Of a stretch of 64,000 bases of DNA, positions 50,060-59,692 are shown in pieces. Below the pieces are notes generated by a model. That model was not told the origin of the DNA, searched no databases, and saw only the letters and a program-made list of their open reading frames with translations. Location of the stretch: assembly GCA_003345545.1 (NCBI GenBank), contig PRDH01000047.1:8748-72747 (forward strand), read 5' to 3'. How positions within the stretch are numbered: the stretch's first letter is position 1; every line of letters starts with the position of its first letter. Source of the DNA: Candidatus Thorarchaeota archaeon. Lineage in GTDB: Archaea; Asgardarchaeota; Thorarchaeia; Thorarchaeales; Thorarchaeaceae. Both the position numbers and the translations under genes were made by a program.

Positions 50060-51274
50060 TCACTTCCTCCCAGCAAGTGAGCCTTGGGGATGCCAGCATT
50101 CCACCCAGTGCCCAGGCTTCATTTCCTCTCTTGGAGGTCGTTCGTTACTGCATTGCTCTGTCGCAAACTCACAGCGAGGGTGAAATCTGCAGCCTGTCGG
50201 CGGATTGATTAAGTTGGGGACTGTACCCATAATCTGCGTCAGTTTGGCAACCTTCTCGGTTAGCTTCGGAATGGCACGAAGAAGCCCAGATGTATAGGGA
50301 TGAATGGGGTCCGAAAAAAGCTCCCTCGTATTCGTGTATTCTACCACAACCCCTGCGTACATCACTGCAACCTGAGTACAGGTTTCAGCGACCACACCGA
50401 GGTCGTGAGTGATGATAATGATGGAAGCATCCAATACGGCCTTGAGATCGTTCAGGAGTTTGAGTACCTGTGCTTGAACAGTGACGTCCAGAGCAGTCGT
50501 AGCTTCATCGGCTATCAGAATCTTTGGGTTGCAGGAGAGAGACATTGCAATAAGGGCTCTCTGTCGCATTCCTCCAGATAGTTCGTGCGGATACTGATTG
50601 GCTATCTCTGCTGCAGAAGGCATTCGTACCATATTGAGCATTTCTACAGCCTTCCGCTTTGCAGCTTTCTTGATTTCAGCATCAGTTGGTTTCGGAGGAT
50701 TGGAAAGTTGTCCTCGCAGCTCCGCAAGACGTGAAGATATTTGATCAGCGGTTCTTCCTTCTGCCAATTTCAAAGCGTCTTCCATTGCTGCAATCTTCTC
50801 CTCAAGTATATCGAGTGATAGATCCTGATGTAGCCTAATTACTTCAGCAATTTGATCGCCGATTCTGAACACAGGATTCGGATAGGTTGCTGGATCTTGG
50901 AAAACAATCGAGATGTGATTGCCCCGGATCTTCCGCATCTCATCCTCTGAAATCTTCAGAAGGTCTTTGACAACACGTGTGCCATCTTTTTCCTCATCCA
51001 TGAAGAGAATCTCGCCAGCCTCGACTCTCCCAGGAGAATCCACGAGCCGCATGATGGACTTTGCTGTCACGCTCTTGCCACACCCAGTCTCACCAACTAG
51101 CGCAAGAGTGTCACCTCGCCTCAGCTGAACTGTGACACCATCAAGCGCCTTGACGACACCCTCGTACGTGTAGAAGTTCGTTTTCAGTTCCCTTATGTCA
51201 AGGATCAGGTTGGGATCCATCTCAAGCTCGGGCTCTGAGTTACTATCAGTATGCGACGTTTCATCTAAAGCCAT
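50060..51274 (-). CDS. ABC peptide transporter ATPase (DppD/OppD-like) with helical insertion
   Basis: GETGCGKS, LSGGMRQR, IADEATT, ITHD. Confidence 0.92.
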   Translation of the reverse strand: MALDETSHTDSNSEPELEMDPNLILDIRELKTNFYTYEGVVKALDGVTVQLRRGDTLALVGETGCGKSVTAKSIMRLVDSPGRVEAGEILFMDEEKDGTRVVKDLLKISEDEMRKIRGNHISIVFQDPATYPNPVFRIGDQIAEVIRLHQDLSLDILEEKIAAMEDALKLAEGRTADQISSRLAELRGQLSNPPKPTDAEIKKAAKRKAVEMLNMVRMPSAAEIANQYPHELSGGMRQRALIAMSLSCNPKILIADEATTALDVTVQAQVLKLLNDLKAVLDASIIIITHDLGVVAETCTQVAVMYAGVVVEYTNTRELFSDPIHPYTSGLLRAIPKLTEKVAKLTQIMGTVPNLINPPTGCRFHPRCEFATEQCSNERPPREEMKPGHWVECWHPQGSLAGRK

Positions 51275-51277
51275 GGT

Positions 51278-52573
51278 CTAGCGCCTCCTCAGTTTGGGAT
51301 CCAATATGTCTCGCACTCCATCACCTACAAGGTTGAACGAGAGCGCGCAGAGAAGAATCGCCATTCCTGGATAGAATGTCACCCAGTAGTTCATGAAGTG
51401 TTGCTGTCCCTGAGATATCATCAAGCCCCATTCCGCTGTCCCTGCCTCTGCACCAAACCCGATGAAACTCAGACCAGCTGCAGTGAGGAGTACACCACCC
51501 ATGTCAAGTGTCGCCTGAACAATGACCGGTTGAATTGTGTTCGGGAGAATGTGGAAAACAAGTATTCTCACATCAGAGGCACCGACAGAACGTGCAGCTT
51601 CAACGTAGAGCTTCTCACGCTCAATCAGCACCTGTCCTCTGACCAATCTAGCATATGTCGGCCACCACACTACCATCAGAGCTATGCTGATGTTGTCAAG
51701 GTTCTTCTCACCGAGCGCTGCAACAATTGCCATCGCCAGTATAAGACCTGGGAAGGCAAAGAAGACATCAGTGATTCTCATGACTACCTCATCAACGGCA
51801 CCGCCAAAGTAGCCAGCAGCCGCGCCAATAAACGAACCCAAGACAAGAGCAATTGCCACGACTGCAATTGCAATCTTTAGATCGATTTGAGTGGCCCAAA
51901 TGACCATGCTATAGATATCACCGCCATTTTGGTCAGTTCCCCAGATATGTGTTCCCCCGGGAGGCCGCATTGTTTCATACCAATTCCGCTCTGTCGGTCC
52001 ATAGGGTGTGATGTAGGGAGCAAAGACTGCAAGAAGGATATACACGGCAATAATGAGGATGCCAGCAATGACAAGAGGGCTCCTTCGAATGAGATGGAGC
52101 ATATACCTCGATTCCTTGGCTCTTGGACCCATATCTTCCTTGAAGAGGTCCCACCAGTACTTCTTGATGGCAGGAACAAATAACAATGCAATTGCTAGAA
52201 GATTGAACAGAATTGCTAGAATAAAGACAGCGCCAGCAAGCAGTATCATTAGGCCCATAAGTAGGTTTCCATAGATTACCCATGAGAAGGCATAGGTTTC
52301 GAGTTTTCGCAAATCCAGTCCGACACGAATAAGAAGAAAGCCAATCACGATCGTCGGTATTGCTATAGTGAAGAATGATCCCAGCACTCCGACCAAGGGA
52401 ATGTCCCCTCCGTCGAAGAGATGATAGGCGTTGATGAACACCATAGAACCCGTTATCATGCCAATGATGGCAACGACAATCTGAAAGCCAGAGAATGCTG
52501 TGATCGATGATGGTGCCTCTTCGGTCTGTAAATCCCCTGTGATTGCAGCACTCCATGTGTCTTCTTGTGTCAT
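51278..52573 (-). CDS. ABC peptide transporter permease (DppC/OppC-like) with extra N-terminal TMs
   Basis: WGTDQNGGD, YVEAARSVGAS, HILPN, GDGVRDILDP. Confidence 0.9.
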   Translation of the reverse strand: MTQEDTWSAAITGDLQTEEAPSSITAFSGFQIVVAIIGMITGSMVFINAYHLFDGGDIPLVGVLGSFFTIAIPTIVIGFLLIRVGLDLRKLETYAFSWVIYGNLLMGLMILLAGAVFILAILFNLLAIALLFVPAIKKYWWDLFKEDMGPRAKESRYMLHLIRRSPLVIAGILIIAVYILLAVFAPYITPYGPTERNWYETMRPPGGTHIWGTDQNGGDIYSMVIWATQIDLKIAIAVVAIALVLGSFIGAAAGYFGGAVDEVVMRITDVFFAFPGLILAMAIVAALGEKNLDNISIALMVVWWPTYARLVRGQVLIEREKLYVEAARSVGASDVRILVFHILPNTIQPVIVQATLDMGGVLLTAAGLSFIGFGAEAGTAEWGLMISQGQQHFMNYWVTFYPGMAILLCALSFNLVGDGVRDILDPKLRRR

Positions 52574-52586
52574 TGTTCTCTCTCTC

Positions 52587-53612
52587 CTATCCATATCTAA
52601 TTCTCGGATCCAGTGTTCCATAGATCAGGTCGACTACTAGATTTGCCGCAACAAAGATGAAAGCTACGAGCAGCGTGAATGCATTGATGCTCGGAATATC
52701 TGACTGCAGAATCGCACGTACGGACCATCGACCTAGACCGGGCCAGCTAAAGATGGTCTCAGTAAGGACTGCTCCTGTCATCAACCCACCAAATGCCAGA
52801 CCAATGACTGTTACAGTTGGTATCATAGCATTTCTCAGGGCATGCTTATAGATGACCACTCTGTCTCGAAGACCCTTTGAGCGTGCGAGTGTTATGTAGT
52901 CTTCTTTGAGTACCTCCAACATGCTAGAACGCATCATCCTAGTGATGATAGCCAATGTAAGATAGCCCAAAGCGAAACCGGGCAGTATGAGATGGATTGC
53001 TGTATCAAAGAACAAGACAGGATTAAGAGTCAGAATAGAATCCAACAGCATGAAGTTGGTAATAGGAGTGTAGGAAACATACTCGTATGAATATCGACCT
53101 CCTTCCGGAAGGAAGGGTAGACCCCAGACGTAGAACTGATAGAAGAAGAGATACTTCAGAATCAATGCAAACCAAAAGATGGGCATAGACACTCCTGCAA
53201 GGGCGACCACACGAGTAACATGGTCGGGCACTCTGTCCTTCTTGGTTGCGGACAGGATGCCAAGTGGAATACCGGCTATAACTGCGAAAACCAGCGCGAC
53301 CATAGCGAGCTCAATGGTCGCTGGGAATCTCTGGGCAATTGTCGCTGTTACGTCCATCCTTGCTGATCGGGAATATCCCCAATTACCCATCATCAAATCT
53401 CTCAGATAGAAGAAGAATTGAATATAGAGAGGTTGATTCAGGCCGTGCTCAGCCCTGATTCCAGGAATAGCCTCAATGGGTGTTCTTTCAGTCGTATATA
53501 GTGTAATCGGATCTCCGACCATATATGAAAGAACAAAAGTAATTGCGAGAACCCCGATCACTACAGGAATTGCGAGCAAGAGTCGCCGTATTATATAATC
53601 TCTAAGTTTCAT
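52587..53612 (-). CDS. ABC peptide transporter permease (DppB/OppB-like)
   Basis: YIIRRLL, RFPATIEL, DYITLARSKGL, ETIFSWPGLG, DPRIR. Confidence 0.92.
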   Translation of the reverse strand: MKLRDYIIRRLLLAIPVVIGVLAITFVLSYMVGDPITLYTTERTPIEAIPGIRAEHGLNQPLYIQFFFYLRDLMMGNWGYSRSARMDVTATIAQRFPATIELAMVALVFAVIAGIPLGILSATKKDRVPDHVTRVVALAGVSMPIFWFALILKYLFFYQFYVWGLPFLPEGGRYSYEYVSYTPITNFMLLDSILTLNPVLFFDTAIHLILPGFALGYLTLAIITRMMRSSMLEVLKEDYITLARSKGLRDRVVIYKHALRNAMIPTVTVIGLAFGGLMTGAVLTETIFSWPGLGRWSVRAILQSDIPSINAFTLLVAFIFVAANLVVDLIYGTLDPRIRYG

Positions 53613-53825
53613 GGTGAAACTAGCACCCGCGGTACACGAGTCAGTATGCCATTCTGCTATTGCATTGAAGAGGGCGAACCTTTTGTGCGTTATTTAAGGC
53701 TATGGTTCTCGGAATAAACCGTAACCTCATTTACGTAGGATATTCCGCCTAATAACTGGGTATTGATGTGCGCAATAACCATCCAAAAAATGGAGAGTTC
53801 CGATTGAATGACATGACTCTTCGCT

Positions 53826-53861
53826 AAAAAAGATGGAGAAACCCTGCACTGTGGGCAGGGT
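53826..53861 (-). terminator. Stem-loop plus T-tract after rubrerythrin
   Basis: ACCCTGC-N7-GCAGGGT followed on the minus strand by TTCTCCATCTTTTTT. Confidence 0.55.
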
Positions 53862-53879
53862 CCTAATCAAAGATGTTGC

Positions 53880-54461
53880 CTACACGAAGACATGTGGGAA
53901 GAAGAATCCCTTGGGATGGTCACATGCAGGGCATTTCTCAGGAGGATTGACTCCTTCATGGATGTAGCCGCAGTTTGCACAGCGCCACTTGATCTTCTCT
54001 TTTTTCTTCAGAATAGAACCATCAGCTATTTTCTCGGCTAGTCCGATGTATCGCTCATGGTGCCATGTTTCAGCTCGAGCAATCATTCTCCAGACAGCTG
54101 CAATCTTGGGAAAACCCTCCTTGTCAGCTATGTCTGCATAGCCAGGATACATGTTTGAGAACTCAAATTTCTCTCCTGCTGCTGCTGAGCGAAGGTTCTC
54201 CTCAGTGGTACCTATATGGCCTGTCGGGAAGTTCCACTCGACTTTGACCTCGGGTGTGCACTCACTCTCATTCATCAACTTGAAGAACCTTGATGCATGT
54301 TCGTACTCCTGTCTGGCAGTTTCCTCGAATACTTGGGATACATATTCGTAACCATCATCGATGGCTGCCTTTGCGAATCTCTGATACCTATTTCTTGCCT
54401 GAGATTCACCGGCAAAAGATGTCAGTAGGTTCTTCTCAGTCTTTGTTCCAGTTAGCTTCAT
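53880..54461 (-). CDS. rbr: Rubrerythrin
   Basis: FAGESQARNRY, EYEH, ETWH, C-terminal CANCGY...CPAC. Confidence 0.93.
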   Translation of the reverse strand: MKLTGTKTEKNLLTSFAGESQARNRYQRFAKAAIDDGYEYVSQVFEETARQEYEHASRFFKLMNESECTPEVKVEWNFPTGHIGTTEENLRSAAAGEKFEFSNMYPGYADIADKEGFPKIAAVWRMIARAETWHHERYIGLAEKIADGSILKKKEKIKWRCANCGYIHEGVNPPEKCPACDHPKGFFFPHVFV

Positions 54462-54597
54462 TATTCTCAACTCTCTCAATGGAGTCTATGCTCCATCTCT
54501 TTCTTCTCTAAGGCGAGAATGATACAACACGCGAGTTCTCGCTAATAAGACTGTCTTTGGGTCAGACTGACAGTTCATGGGTTGCTTCTCGCAACTA

Positions 54598-55791
54598 TCA
54601 ACTGAGCTTTGAGGCGATTGCCTCTGCAAGTCTCTTGACCATCTCAGTTTCCTCTTTAGATGGTCTGCCTCTGACCTTAACGATGGGTTCTAGTACTTCC
54701 CACTTCATCTCCTCTGCCATCTTTTGGAGCTTCTCAAGAGCTCCGCCACCCCAGCCGAATGTTCCAAAGAAACCAACTGGCCTGGGTGCAAACCGCTTGC
54801 CCTGCAATTCATTGACATATGTCCATACTCTGGGAAACGGGAAAGCATCATATGTAGGGGCACCAATAACAATGACTCCGGCTCGGACTGTATTTGTAAT
54901 GATGTCACCTATGTCAGAGTATGAAACATTGTCTATCTTCACCTCAACGCCAAGGTTTAGCAACTCCTTCTTGAGTTTCATTGCTAGACGATGAGTATAG
55001 CCATACATTGTTCCATACACTATCGCGCAGTATTTGTCTAGCTTCGGGCTGCTCCACTCATCGTACTTGGAAACTATCCAGTTGGGATTCTTTCGATAGA
55101 TAATTCCGTGACTCGGTGCTATGATCTTGATGTTGAGTCCCAGATCCTTGACCTTCTTGATGGCATTCTGGACGAACTTGAAATACGAGGTGATAATGAC
55201 TGAAACATACCGTCTACTCTCACGTTCTACAAGTTCCATATTTGCCTCATCGTCAAAATGCTTACCATTCAGAGCACCGAACGCTCCAAAGGCATCACAG
55301 CCAAATAGGATGCCGTCCTCCGCAATCCAGGTGGCCATGGTCTCCGGCCAATGAACGAACGGGATGTGCACGAACTTCAGAGTCTTCTTGCCCAGTGAGA
55401 GCTCCTCAAGGTCTTCTACTTTCTTTTCGTTGAGGTCCACATCATAGAAGGACTTGCGCATATCTGATGCCCGCGGCGTATAGATCAGAGTTGCATTCTT
55501 GGCAATTCTGGCAATGTCGGGCAGAGCGCCAGTATGGTCGGGCTCCATATGATTCAAGATAATGTAGTCGATCTTCGCAGGATTCACTAGCTCACGGATA
55601 TTGTCAAGCCACTCATCAGCCCATGGACCCTTTACGGTTTCAACAAGAGCTATCTTCTCATCCACTATCAGATAGCTGTTGTAGGACACCCCATAGGGCA
55701 GCTTCCATAGGTTCTCAAATAGCTCCGTGTGATGGTCATCAACACCAACATAGTATACGTCACTGGCGAGTTTCCTGTACAATTGCTTCAC
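54598..55791 (-). CDS. fprA: Flavodiiron protein (FprA/A-type flavoprotein)
   Basis: SYNSY, NHMEPDH, HWPE, CDAFG, PSHG, flavodoxin TMYGYT and GTFGWGGG. Confidence 0.93.
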   Translation of the reverse strand: MKQLYRKLASDVYYVGVDDHHTELFENLWKLPYGVSYNSYLIVDEKIALVETVKGPWADEWLDNIRELVNPAKIDYIILNHMEPDHTGALPDIARIAKNATLIYTPRASDMRKSFYDVDLNEKKVEDLEELSLGKKTLKFVHIPFVHWPETMATWIAEDGILFGCDAFGAFGALNGKHFDDEANMELVERESRRYVSVIITSYFKFVQNAIKKVKDLGLNIKIIAPSHGIIYRKNPNWIVSKYDEWSSPKLDKYCAIVYGTMYGYTHRLAMKLKKELLNLGVEVKIDNVSYSDIGDIITNTVRAGVIVIGAPTYDAFPFPRVWTYVNELQGKRFAPRPVGFFGTFGWGGGALEKLQKMAEEMKWEVLEPIVKVRGRPSKEETEMVKRLAEAIASKLS

Positions 55792-55974
55792 CTGTTTCTC
55801 TTATGTCAGAGTATAGACCTAGATATCTAAGTTAAAAACCTTCTACTCATTTGGCATTCTCTAGTCAGTGCAACGCCTTCAGAAGATCCTGTAGGCATGA
55901 ATTATAAGCCCATTTCAGATACTACTAGCAACAGAACAGATTAGAGTACCACACCAAGAAACGGAGAGTCGGCT

Positions 55975-56523
55975 ATGAGGACGCATTTCTATCTACTCAT
56001 CATGATTATCACATTACTCTCTTTTTTTGGTTCGGGGGCGGCAATAAACGAAGCAACTTCCGTAAGAACACCGCTATCAACTGACGACTTGGTTCTGAAT
56101 CGGATTTCATCAACGGTCTATGATGTTGTCTGTACTCAGGGAGATACTCTCACTGGTGAATTCAGGATTGTTTCCGATGGCGACCGCTTTCCCGGGGACC
56201 AAACAAAATATGATAATTGGTTGCTGGGTGGAATAGATTTTCTGATTCTAGATGAGTTGAATTATGGTTTCTGGAAGCAGTTGGAGCCAATATCCCCGCA
56301 TTACGAAAGGAGCAATGTTGTCCAGCTCAAATGGCAATTCAGTGTACCCAGTTCAGGTACATGGTATCTGATCTACATCAACAACACAATTTACATGAAA
56401 CAAATCGAGAGTAGTATTACTCACCGAGGAGCCACGGATCTCTCCTTACCCATGGTTCTGGGACTGCTAGGTTTGCTTGTCGTTCTCGGTCTCGGTCTAG
56501 TACAGAGAACAAGAAAGAGATAG
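55975..56523 (+). CDS. Type I membrane protein with GOLD (emp24/gp25L/p24)-like domain
   Basis: Signal peptide; GDTLTGEFRI..GIDFLILD..WQFSVPSSGTWYLIYIN beta pattern; single TM; RTRKR tail. Confidence 0.6.
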   Translation: MRTHFYLLIMIITLLSFFGSGAAINEATSVRTPLSTDDLVLNRISSTVYDVVCTQGDTLTGEFRIVSDGDRFPGDQTKYDNWLLGGIDFLILDELNYGFWKQLEPISPHYERSNVVQLKWQFSVPSSGTWYLIYINNTIYMKQIESSITHRGATDLSLPMVLGLLGLLVVLGLGLVQRTRKR

Positions 56524-56554
56524 CTGTGGCATCTGGTGCCACAGCATTCCAACA

Positions 56555-57013
56555 CTATTCTTTGCTAGGCCCTTCTGAGGATTTTGACGCAGCTGCAGAG
56601 CTCTGCGCTGCTTCTCCTCTTCTTGATGAGATGATCTCATCAATCAACTCATAGAGAGCACGCCCGAGGATGCCACCGAATCCTCCAAGAAGTGCTCCAA
56701 TGAGCACACTAATTATGATGACCACTGCACCTAGACCCTCAAGGCCAAGAAGGGCGATGAAGAAGTTGGCAACATCCATGGCCTGAGCTGTCAGCACGAG
56801 GTAGACAAAGAGCAAACCCCATGCGATGCCGACACCGAGGAATCCGACAAGGAATGCTTTTCGAATTCTTCTGACGAACAAAGCTCCGAGAGCTCCAGCA
56901 ATGAGCATCATCTTCCAGTCTCCTGTGAGTTGGAAAACAATACCAAAGACAATGGTGATTATGAGCGCAGGTAGAAACCCTAGACTGGGCATTATTTCAT
57001 CTATCTTTTTCAT
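56555..57013 (-). CDS. Hypothetical membrane protein (about 4 TM, Gly-rich)
   Basis: GALLGGFGGILG glycine zipper; 11 nt downstream of the acylase gene. Confidence 0.65.
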   Translation of the reverse strand: MKKIDEIMPSLGFLPALIITIVFGIVFQLTGDWKMMLIAGALGALFVRRIRKAFLVGFLGVGIAWGLLFVYLVLTAQAMDVANFFIALLGLEGLGAVVIIISVLIGALLGGFGGILGRALYELIDEIISSRRGEAAQSSAAASKSSEGPSKE

Positions 57014-57024
57014 CTCAAGGCCTC

Positions 57025-59604
57025 CTATGGTGCAAAGATGATAGTCCGTTCTATCAACGTGTCATCAGTGTCTGCGGTTCTAAACGCAGCGGCTGTCGCG
57101 TAGAAATAGAGTATATGATATCCGTAATACTTGGTGACCGGGTCAAAGGCATACCATAGATTGAAATTGTCATCCCAATGAGGACTGAACATATTACCGC
57201 TCTGCCCACCAGGATATGCCATGTACGACATTCCAATATTGCTCAAGTCAGCAACTAGTCTTGTTGAGGGGCCGTGTGTGACTGTCCAGCCGGGAGCCAC
57301 ATTCAATGTGTTGCCGCCCCGATGAGGACCGCCACCGATGTAGGTCAGTCCGGCAAGATGTTCAATATAGACTATGTGCCGGTTTCCATACTTGTAATCA
57401 GGTTCATCTGCCCACTCACGTGCGAGCTTGTCGAGTGCCGTAAACAGCGATCGAACTAGGACATCATCTCGCGTTTCGGTAGTTCCAGTAGTTGTGTGAT
57501 CATCAAAGTAGTAGCTATTGTTCTCAGTGATCAGTTTTTCGAGGATTGGAGTACGTGACAGAGGCAGAAGAGGATCTAGGGTTCTGAGCTCATCGAATGT
57601 TTCATAGTGGATCGCATCAAGAAGGTACAACCATATAGTAGGTGCCTCCAGTTCTGGCTCCATATCATATTCCCAGGAACGAAGGAGGTCAACAGCATCT
57701 GCAATCGTTGTATTGCTATTGCCAGCATCGTCCCAAGCAGAAATGAGGTAGGGAAGAATCACTTCAGCTCGGACTTCGACTACATCTGCCTGGAATCGTT
57801 TCATGTCTGCCACAGTGACACTGCTGTCATTTTGGAGGAGGTAGAAGATACGTCTGCCGCGATAACCGTTGTCTTGTGGACCCAGGATAGTATATCCATA
57901 CTGGCTTGGAGCAATCGTTCGCTGGTTTGCTGACTGAACAAATCCACGAGCCGGATTAATCTCCCGAGGATTATATGCGTATGGTATGTTGCTCACCATT
58001 CCGACTGAGTCATTGAGAGATGTCACTGGATATTCGCCAGTATATCCTGAACGGACTGGAAATCGGCCAACAACTAACATAGCGATGTTGCCGGAATCAT
58101 CTCCATAGACACAGTTCTGTGGCGGACTATCCCACCAGTACATTCCATCGATGAACTGCGTCAGGTTGTCAGCCTTCATGAACTTGCCAGCAGCAATTAA
58201 CTCATGTGTGACTCCAGAACCTGTCCAAGTCATTGCGAGATTGGCCTCGCTCTCCTCATCTGAATCATACGACTCTTCTGCGGAATCGATGAGTGGACCA
58301 TGAACCGATTCTTTGACGAAGAATGGGATTATGTTTCCTTCTCTGGTATAGATGGATTCATCATGGACCACAAAGGCGTGATAGGTGCCATTGTACATGT
58401 ACTCGCTCGAGTTTGAAGGGTTGAGCTGCTCCACAAAGATATCCAGAACATCTGCGCCGACGTTGGTGAAGCTGTACGCAAGGTGGTCATTATGGCCGAT
58501 GAGCACAGCAGGCAGTCCCGGAAAAGTAGTGCCGGTTACATCCAATCCATCCACGCCCGGCACAACAATGTGTGCTTCATACCAGACTGATGGAGCCTGT
58601 AGGGTCAGGTGCGGATCTCCCGCCAGAATTGGCATGCCTGTGGAAGACCTGGAACCATTGACTGCCCAATTATTGCTTCCGATATGCATTTCGTCACCAA
58701 GGGGCTTGATGACATTGTCTATTGTACTTATGAGAAGTTCGAGTTTATCTTGAGCGATGACCACCTCGTCAGCGATGGTTGGACGCATCAACTCGCCAGG
58801 ATTCTCTGTAGCAGGAAATCCACCTGGAGCAAGAGGATATTCGGCAATACTGAGGTTCACTTGGTCCTGAACAATTGGAACCGTGTATGGCATGAGGTCA
58901 GGAAAGAGGTCGTTGTACATCGTATCATTGTCAATGGTTGCCCTGATCCATTGTCTCTGAAAGTCGTAGACTCCACCTGACAACCCCCACCCCAGCATCT
59001 TCGCCCCAGTGAGTAGGTCTACGGCGCTCCACTCTTGTGGTGTGTATTTTAGAATCTTGAATTCAATAGGAAGTGTAGCACTTGTCAATGAATGAATGAA
59101 AGCATTGATACCATCTACTTCAGCGTCAAGGGCCTCTAGTGATGCAGCTACATCGGGATTCGAGTCTGCATTGGCAATGAGCCAGTCAAGGGTTTCCTGA
59201 GCGGATCTTGCAAGCCCAATAGTCCGATAGAACCTGTCGGAGCTCGCAGCATACGCACCCACTATTTCACTAATTCTCCCAGCAGCTACGAAGGTCTGCA
59301 TGGTGATCTGAAAAAGACGGTCCTTTGCATGCATGTAACCTAGCGCCATGAATGCATCCTTTGCTGTAGCCGCATAGATATGGGGGATTCCCAAATGGTC
59401 GATAATCACTTCGACATTAGCGCCCAGTCCAGGTAACGAAATTGTCTGGTCACCCGGATCCGGTGTGCCATTATCGAAGATACCACCAATGGGTTGGATA
59501 ATGCCTAGTCCTCCAGTCAGTGGACCAAGAGGCATCGAGAGAATCACAATCAATGTTATCGGTCCAACAAACGAGAGGACAAGATTTGCTAATCTCCTTT
59601 TCAA
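57025..59604 (-). CDS. Penicillin acylase family (S45) Ntn-hydrolase
   Basis: GIPHIYA, GYMHAKDRLFQ, GSNNW, DPHL, HGP, SANQR, GGQSG. Confidence 0.92.
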   Translation of the reverse strand: MKRRLANLVLSFVGPITLIVILSMPLGPLTGGLGIIQPIGGIFDNGTPDPGDQTISLPGLGANVEVIIDHLGIPHIYAATAKDAFMALGYMHAKDRLFQITMQTFVAAGRISEIVGAYAASSDRFYRTIGLARSAQETLDWLIANADSNPDVAASLEALDAEVDGINAFIHSLTSATLPIEFKILKYTPQEWSAVDLLTGAKMLGWGLSGGVYDFQRQWIRATIDNDTMYNDLFPDLMPYTVPIVQDQVNLSIAEYPLAPGGFPATENPGELMRPTIADEVVIAQDKLELLISTIDNVIKPLGDEMHIGSNNWAVNGSRSSTGMPILAGDPHLTLQAPSVWYEAHIVVPGVDGLDVTGTTFPGLPAVLIGHNDHLAYSFTNVGADVLDIFVEQLNPSNSSEYMYNGTYHAFVVHDESIYTREGNIIPFFVKESVHGPLIDSAEESYDSDEESEANLAMTWTGSGVTHELIAAGKFMKADNLTQFIDGMYWWDSPPQNCVYGDDSGNIAMLVVGRFPVRSGYTGEYPVTSLNDSVGMVSNIPYAYNPREINPARGFVQSANQRTIAPSQYGYTILGPQDNGYRGRRIFYLLQNDSSVTVADMKRFQADVVEVRAEVILPYLISAWDDAGNSNTTIADAVDLLRSWEYDMEPELEAPTIWLYLLDAIHYETFDELRTLDPLLPLSRTPILEKLITENNSYYFDDHTTTGTTETRDDVLVRSLFTALDKLAREWADEPDYKYGNRHIVYIEHLAGLTYIGGGPHRGGNTLNVAPGWTVTHGPSTRLVADLSNIGMSYMAYPGGQSGNMFSPHWDDNFNLWYAFDPVTKYYGYHILYFYATAAAFRTADTDDTLIERTIIFAP

Positions 59605-59651
59605 CTCTCACCACTCTCAAGTATGGATTATTAGTACAATGCACGAAGCTA

Positions 59652-59669
59652 CTCTTAAGCATACGGAGA
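59652..59669 (-). promoter_or_regulatory. Conserved upstream motif of acylase paralog 1
   Basis: CTCTTAAGC-N3-CGGAGA on the + strand, also present at 62346-62363. Confidence 0.5.
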
Positions 59670-59692
59670 AACCATCAAGCAAATCGCTGGAA

